A stretch of DNA of 64,000 bases, taken from assembly GCA_043228905.1 (NCBI GenBank), contig JBHGNT010000014.1:17794001-17858000 (forward strand), in the 5' to 3' direction. Source of the stretch: Azolla caroliniana (Eukaryota > Plantae > Polypodiophyta). Every line of letters begins with the position of its first letter. Positions within the stretch are counted from its first letter, which is position 1. Shown here one piece after another: positions 58,844 to 64,000 of this stretch. The position numbers and the translations under genes are program-made. The notes below the pieces were generated by a model that was not told where the DNA came from, did no database searches, and saw nothing but the letters and a program-made list of their open reading frames with translations.

Positions 58844-60265
58844 TCCCTCATGGGTAAATTAGCCAGATCAATGTTGTTGCTTCAAGAATTGGAATTTGAT
58901 ATCCAGCATAGGCTGGGAACCCAACACGCCATTGCCGATTATTTAAGCCGGATCAAGAAAAAAACAAAAGCATTAACCACAAAACCACTCCCCGCTGAAT
59001 CAACCTCGTGGGAGGGACCCCACTCCCAATAAATAGGTGGATGCTTTAATGTACCATTATTGTACCCCTCACGGGTAAATTAGCAAGATGGATGTTGCTT
59101 CAAGAATTTGAATTTGATATCTATTGGGAAACAGGTCCCTCCGGATGGGAAGGAAGAAGAACAGTGCCGATGAACAAACTCGGTCGTGGCCAATAGGCCG
59201 AGGCCGAAACCGGATGAGGAGTACCCGGCTACGGAGAGCCGGATGGTGTAGACCCGGTATGAACCAGATGAGGAGTACCCGGCTACAGAGAGCCGGATGG
59301 TGCAGGCCCGGTATGAACCGGATGAGGAGTACCCGGCTACGGAGAGCCGGATGGTACAGACCCGGTGAGAACCGGATGAAGAGACATATTCGTAAATATG
59401 TTTTTGAGAGCCCATCGAGGCTACATTTGTAAATAGTCGAAAAGTCATATTAGTATAAATATGATTTAGGGCAAACTTTTAGTAACTATCATGGTTGTCA
59501 TTCTTCCTTGTTGGTGCAAGAAGAAGAGAGAGCACGCAATAGTGGACAGAGAGAGAGAGAGAGAAAGAGGTTGTTGCCTCTGTTGTAACCGCCGCCTGTG
59601 GCGAAGATCGTGAGCACGAGGTCGTTGCCTTCGTGGACTCACTGTTTTGTACATTCTTACATAGTGACAGTTTGCAGCTTGTGGACTGTCGTGGTTTTTC
59701 CCCTAGTTTGGGGTTTTCCACGTAAACCTCCTGTGTAGTGTGTGTGTATCTTCCTCTCCTTTGTGTCGTGTTTTATTTCCCGTTTTCTGTGTATCATTCT
59801 AAGCTCGGTTGTGGCCGAGCATTGCGCATAAGGAACGTTGGGTTCCCGTTGTTGTTGCTTCAAGAATTGGAATTTGATATCCAGCATAGGCCGGGAACCC
59901 AACACGCCATTGCCAATTATTTAAGCCGGATCAAGAAAAAAACAAAAGCATTAACCACAAAACCACTCCCCATTGAATCAACCTCGTGGGAGGAACCCCA
60001 CTCCCAATAAATAGGTGGATGCTTTAATGTACCATTATTGTACCCCTCACGGGTAAATTAGCAAGATGGATGTTGTTGCTTCAAGAATTTGAATTTGATA
60101 TCCAGCATAGGTCAGGAACCCAACACGCCATTGCTGATTATTTAAGCTGAATCGAGAAAAAAACAAAAGCATTAACCACCAAACCACTCCCCGCCGAATC
60201 AACCTCGAGGGAGGGACCCCACTCCCTATAAATAGATGGATGCTTTAATGTACCATTATTGTAAC
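58844..60265 (+). repeat. ~220-bp unit repeated about 3 times (end of E0 RNase H plus non-coding), split by an LTR
   Basis: CCCTCA(T/C)GGGTAAATTAGC...GAATTTGATATCCAGCATAGG...ACCATTATTGTA recurs at ~58844, ~59065 (resuming ~59848) and ~60043. Confidence 0.85.
59122..59847 (+). mobile_element. Copia family-A-related LTR (solo, 3' end lost) with a 54-bp x3 array
   Basis: TATTGGGAAACAGGTCCCTCCGGATGGG...GGCCGAGCA; repeat unit CCGGATGAGGAGTACCCGGCTACGGAGAGCCGGATGGTGTAGACCCGGTATGAA. Confidence 0.85.
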
Positions 60266-60565
60266 CATGATTGTATATTACCGTTTTTAACTGGAAAAAA
60301 AGGGTATTCATAACTATTTAAAGACCTTTTGCATGCAAGCACACAACCCAAGAAAGAAAGTACTTACTGTTCACACGCGTGGTGCCATGGCTCGAAGAAA
60401 CTTGGACATTGATTTCCCTCGCCAAACCACACAAAAGGAAGGCCTGAGCATTGTACCAAGTATTTCATGCACAGATGAATGAAGAGCTCAAAGCAGAAGA
60501 CCCCCTCCATCCTCTACTCTCTGCACGAAGTTAACCCCTCTACAAAGCCCGACCCTCTCATCGCC

Positions 60566-60745
60566 ATGGCCATCGACATTCCTCCCACCCTTAAACAGTG
60601 GCTCATTGACCACGGCTTAGCAGGCTACATTAGAGTCGTCGAAGAAAAACCCCACCCCAATGCCCACAACATCAACGCGAAAATGAATGTTGACACCATC
60701 ACCAACACCATGATCAGAAAAAAGTTGGGCTTGAGTCCACTTGGA
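60566..60745 (+). pseudogene. Truncated ORF3 homolog of E0
   Basis: MAIDIPPTLKQWLIDHGLAGYIRVVEEKPHPNA...ITNTMIRKKLGL aligns with MPIPVSEELRLWLHERNLQGFIKVAEAEPHPQA...ITTKKIRNALQM. Confidence 0.8.
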
Positions 60746-60749
60746 GATC

Positions 60750-61108
60750 GATTACTTAGTTGGAAGCTCTATTCTCTAGCCTAAGGCCAACCTTGTATTC
60801 TTTCTCTATATTTAATTGATTGTTTAGCATTGTTGTGTCCGGTGTGCTGTGTGAGAGTTTGTTTGGTCTATCCGATTGCGTTCACAATCGTCTCCCTGTC
60901 TTTTGTGTCCAGGAAGGTGTCATTTCTTCCCTCATATGTTCTGTGCATACCTACTTGAGTCTACGAGCCCATGTGCTCAGTAACAGACTCCGGCTACCGA
61001 GTCGGATAGTTCACCGCAAGCTTAGTAGCCAGTCATTTTTAGGCTCCTTGGTCCAAGACCCCAGTGGTCCCACCAACTCCGACCCGCAAGCCGCGGATTT
61101 CCGTGACA
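60750..61108 (+). mobile_element. 3' fragment of a B/G-superfamily LTR
   Basis: Ends CTTGGTCCAAGACCCCAGTGGTCC...GATTTCCGTGACA, like the U5 ends at 17714, 22971 and 58595. Confidence 0.65.
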
Positions 61109-62900
61109 ACTTAAAAGCACTCATTTACCATTGTGGTTTCCAATTGGTGCCAAAGGTCGGTCCGAATGATGTGTTGGGAGTGAGCATGGACAAACATAAC
61201 AAGACCCTACCCATAGAGGTGATCAATGTAGAATCCCTTAAGTTAGATGATGCACTCATGGATTTGCAAACCAAGTATCGCACACTCTTAAGAAAAGGAG
61301 TCAATAAGGGTATGTGTGTGACTAGGTATAGTTGTCATCGTACTGGGACATCTCGACACACGTCTAATTCAACTTGATGACGTAGCTGCACACCCCGATG
61401 TGGGTGTACATTTCACGTGGATGTTAGAATGAATGACGGGATTGACAATGGGACCATGACCATTTCAATATATGGACCTCATAGTGGTCATGTACCATGT
61501 AGTAGGTCAGATGTGTACCATTTGCCAACACAAACCGATGTCATAAGTTGTTGTAAAGATGACCTATTTGATGTTGGGTGTGCAAAGCATGTGGCGCGGA
61601 TGAGCATGCATAAGGAAGCATATCATAAGTCCAAGGCTAGTCCATTAGAACTTGTTAGCTATCGATTCTTTATGATACCAAAGGAGGTCCATAACATGGT
61701 AAATAGGTTAAAAATCGGGAGTGCCATGTCAGAGGTTGATTGGTCTTTGATGATGCAAGATGCCTATGCACTACAAGATCTTGGGAAAGTGGTTCATGTT
61801 CAACCCTACTTGCCTGGTGAACCGAGATCTCTCGCCAAGCAACCAGTTATCTTGATACTTCAAGATCAATGGATGTTGGAAATGTGTGAGCGGTTGACCC
61901 TAAACAATTTCTTGGGCAATCGACTTGACATTTAAAACAAACCAATTCGAGCTACCATTATATGCAATTGTTGCCCCCAACACCATGGGAATTGGGATCC
62001 CGTTATGGTACATGCTTTGTAGTTCTGATAAGGGGTCAAACCATGAGCAAGTTGCCTTAGAAACTTGCTTGAGAGTCATATTCACAAGGATGCCCACGGT
62101 GAGGCTAAATGAAATAGTGATCGATAAACGTTGTACATCATATAATGTCATAACTAATGTGGTTGCAACAGACCATCAATCTTGGATTGTTGCAAATGGG
62201 CAAAGGTCGCAAAGACATTGGTGACTTTTGTTGTGTTAGTTTCACACCAAAAAATCATGAGTGGAGAACTTGTTGCCAAAAGTAAGTGCAATTGAGAGAA
62301 CCCATCTTTATCAATGAATGTGCCAACTCATGCAATGCATTACTGAATCCGCACTCAATGTGATGTGTGAGGAGTTAAAGTTAGAATATGCAGACAAGCC
62401 TGGTGTTTTGCAATATATAGGAGGATGGTGTGGTTTGACATGTGCACGGAGGAAACTTTGGCCCAAGTTTGGTAGAATGTTAAACTACAGACATGTTGAA
62501 ACTACCAATATTGTAGAAATACATTGGCAATTTATCAAGTATACTACCTTGAGAGGAAGAATAAACCGATAATTACCAACCTTGTGCATGTCTTAATTGG
62601 GGACAGTGAAACTGGCACTTGCATCGGTGGAACGGTCGTAGAGTGGTACAAGCAACGATAAGAAATATGTGAGAGTGGTTGATTTTTACCCCGTGCAAAT
62701 TGTAGGGATCAAAGTTCCCGACTTAAAGAGGCTGAGAGAATATTGGAAAGGTATGTCGACGGTACTTCCACAATGCACATTGTGGATGAGGCCCGATATT
62801 GGTTTAGAATCTTGAGCATGATGACTCCCACTCTATGGTATAATGTCTCACTCCAATGTTCATATTGTGATTGCCAAGACCTTGCAAGTAAATGTAAGTA
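61109..62900 (+). pseudogene. Mutator-like (MULE) transposase relic
   Basis: YSCHRTG...RCGCTFHV...HSGH (zinc finger), TFKTNQFELPL and IVIDK (DD), C*FH, TTNIVE (E), CDC...CK (SWIM). Stops and frameshifts present. Confidence 0.8.
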
Positions 62901-62909
62901 TTTCTAACA

Positions 62910-64000
62910 TTCACCGAGATGGAATCTAACATCCAATAGATTTCTACTGGGGATCATCAGAGCATGGGATGTAATCAAGATTTTTTTACACAAGGAGATG
63001 CCTAACACGTGGGATGGTTGGATGAATCAACCGCTTTTGGCTAATTCTCTCGTCCGGGATTCTATTGGAAATGTATTGGGCCTTAGACCTCGTCTTGCAT
63101 GGGGAAAACTTGACAATGGGCCAACAACATCAGTAGGATCCTGGATTCATTTTCAGAAGATGCTAGAAAGTGGATCGGCTTAAGCAATTACACTCGATAT
63201 ATGGGGCGAAGACAATGACAATGGATATTTCAATAGCCTTCTCTCAGGCCTCAACGCGACTTCAACCAATGCAGAAGCATATGTGGTTTAGTTGCCTTAC
63301 AAATGGCATGATGCTCTTTGTTAAAGGAATTTCTACATACAGGTGTATTTTTTATTTCCATATTCAACAGGATAATAAATTGCAGCCTTATACACCCTCT
63401 GATAATTTGCTACAAAACCTACTCGTTGTTCCAGTTAGGGTGATTACCAAAACTGGTAAGAAATGGCTCTTGGATCCACAACCGTCAATAGCCCATTTGT
63501 GGGATATGCTTTGGTTATATGCACGGCAACCAGTTAATAAGCTAATGTGGGACTTAGGGGGATGGTCTTGGACTAGTCCCATGATGGATCCAATGCAGAA
63601 AGTTCCGTTTTTTAGTATACTGTGAATTTTGGTAGAAACTTACTCATGTCTAAGAATATTCTAACTCCTGTGGCTCAAAAGCACTGGAATAAGTGGGGTG
63701 TTTCAAGCAATCATTTGAAGGCTTATTGGAAATGGATTTGGTCTTTTAGGGGACCAACAAAATACACTCTCTTCAGATGGCTTTTACTACATGTAGCACT
63801 ACCAATAGGTCAGTCTTTGAAAGGAAACGTGGCACCCGTTCTTAGACAATGTAGTTATATTGTGGTGACTTGCAGGAAATTACCAAGCATGCTCTCTGGT
63901 CCTGTTTACTAGCCCAACAGGTATGGAATAAAGTTCTTTCTTTATTCCTGACAATTAATGCAGGTTGCCTATTCTCCTGGGGATCAGCGGTATGGGGGGT
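62910..64000 (+). pseudogene. LINE (L1-type) ORF2 C-terminal fragment with zf-RVT region
   Basis: W-rich region YWKWIWSFRGPTKYTLFRWLLLHVALP followed by C..C..KHALWSC..AQQVW across frameshifts. Confidence 0.7.

Larger units (their letters stand above)
6721..60745 (+). mobile_element. Outermost decayed Athila/OTA-like Gypsy (E0), in pieces 6721-7190, 56865-57767, 58596-59121 and 59848-60745
   Basis: The pol peptide HQIHL/STDVKPI continues across the Copia C insertion (TSD TCTAT). RT, RNase H and the extra-ORF start are homologous to element E. No LTRs found and the integrase is missing. Confidence 0.8.

Noticed and set aside
61109-62900. Domesticated FAR1/MUSTANG-like host gene
   Set aside because: Multiple stops and frameshifts, with truncation by neighbouring elements.

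Overview
There are no host genes in this window. It is a heterochromatin-type pile of nested plant transposons, and the family mix suggests a non-seed land plant such as a moss or fern (inference). Paired LTRs and target-site duplications (TSDs) resolve a six-level nest: a decayed Athila/OTA-like Gypsy (E0, ~6721-60745) contains Copia C (7191-56864), which contains Copia D (18251-55825), which contains tRNA-Trp-primed Gypsy G (22178-55032). G holds two branches: Copia A' (25452-36652, minus) containing young Gypsy B (29358-36490, minus), and self-priming chromovirus I (39156-53709) containing Gypsy E (43247-52496). Copia C also holds a hAT-type MITE that contains an intact Tnt1/Tork-like Copia A (11058-16659). 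Several solo LTRs, a Mutator-like transposase relic and a LINE fragment fill the rest. The most striking observation is that Gypsy E has no polypurine tract (PPT). In its place is a hairpin ending in a copy of the tRNA-Arg 3' end (...CCCACGGACGTGCCA), 2 nt before the 3' LTR, which amounts to a second, inverted primer-binding site (PBS); E also carries a large intact extra coiled-coil ORF. Other notable signals are CpG-centred 4-bp TSDs and a G_GAU_UUU plus pseudoknot -1 frameshift in the Trp-primed Gypsy family, an 11-nt Tf1-style self-primer in element I, and strong CCGG enrichment in the young elements. All coordinates and counts were read by eye.
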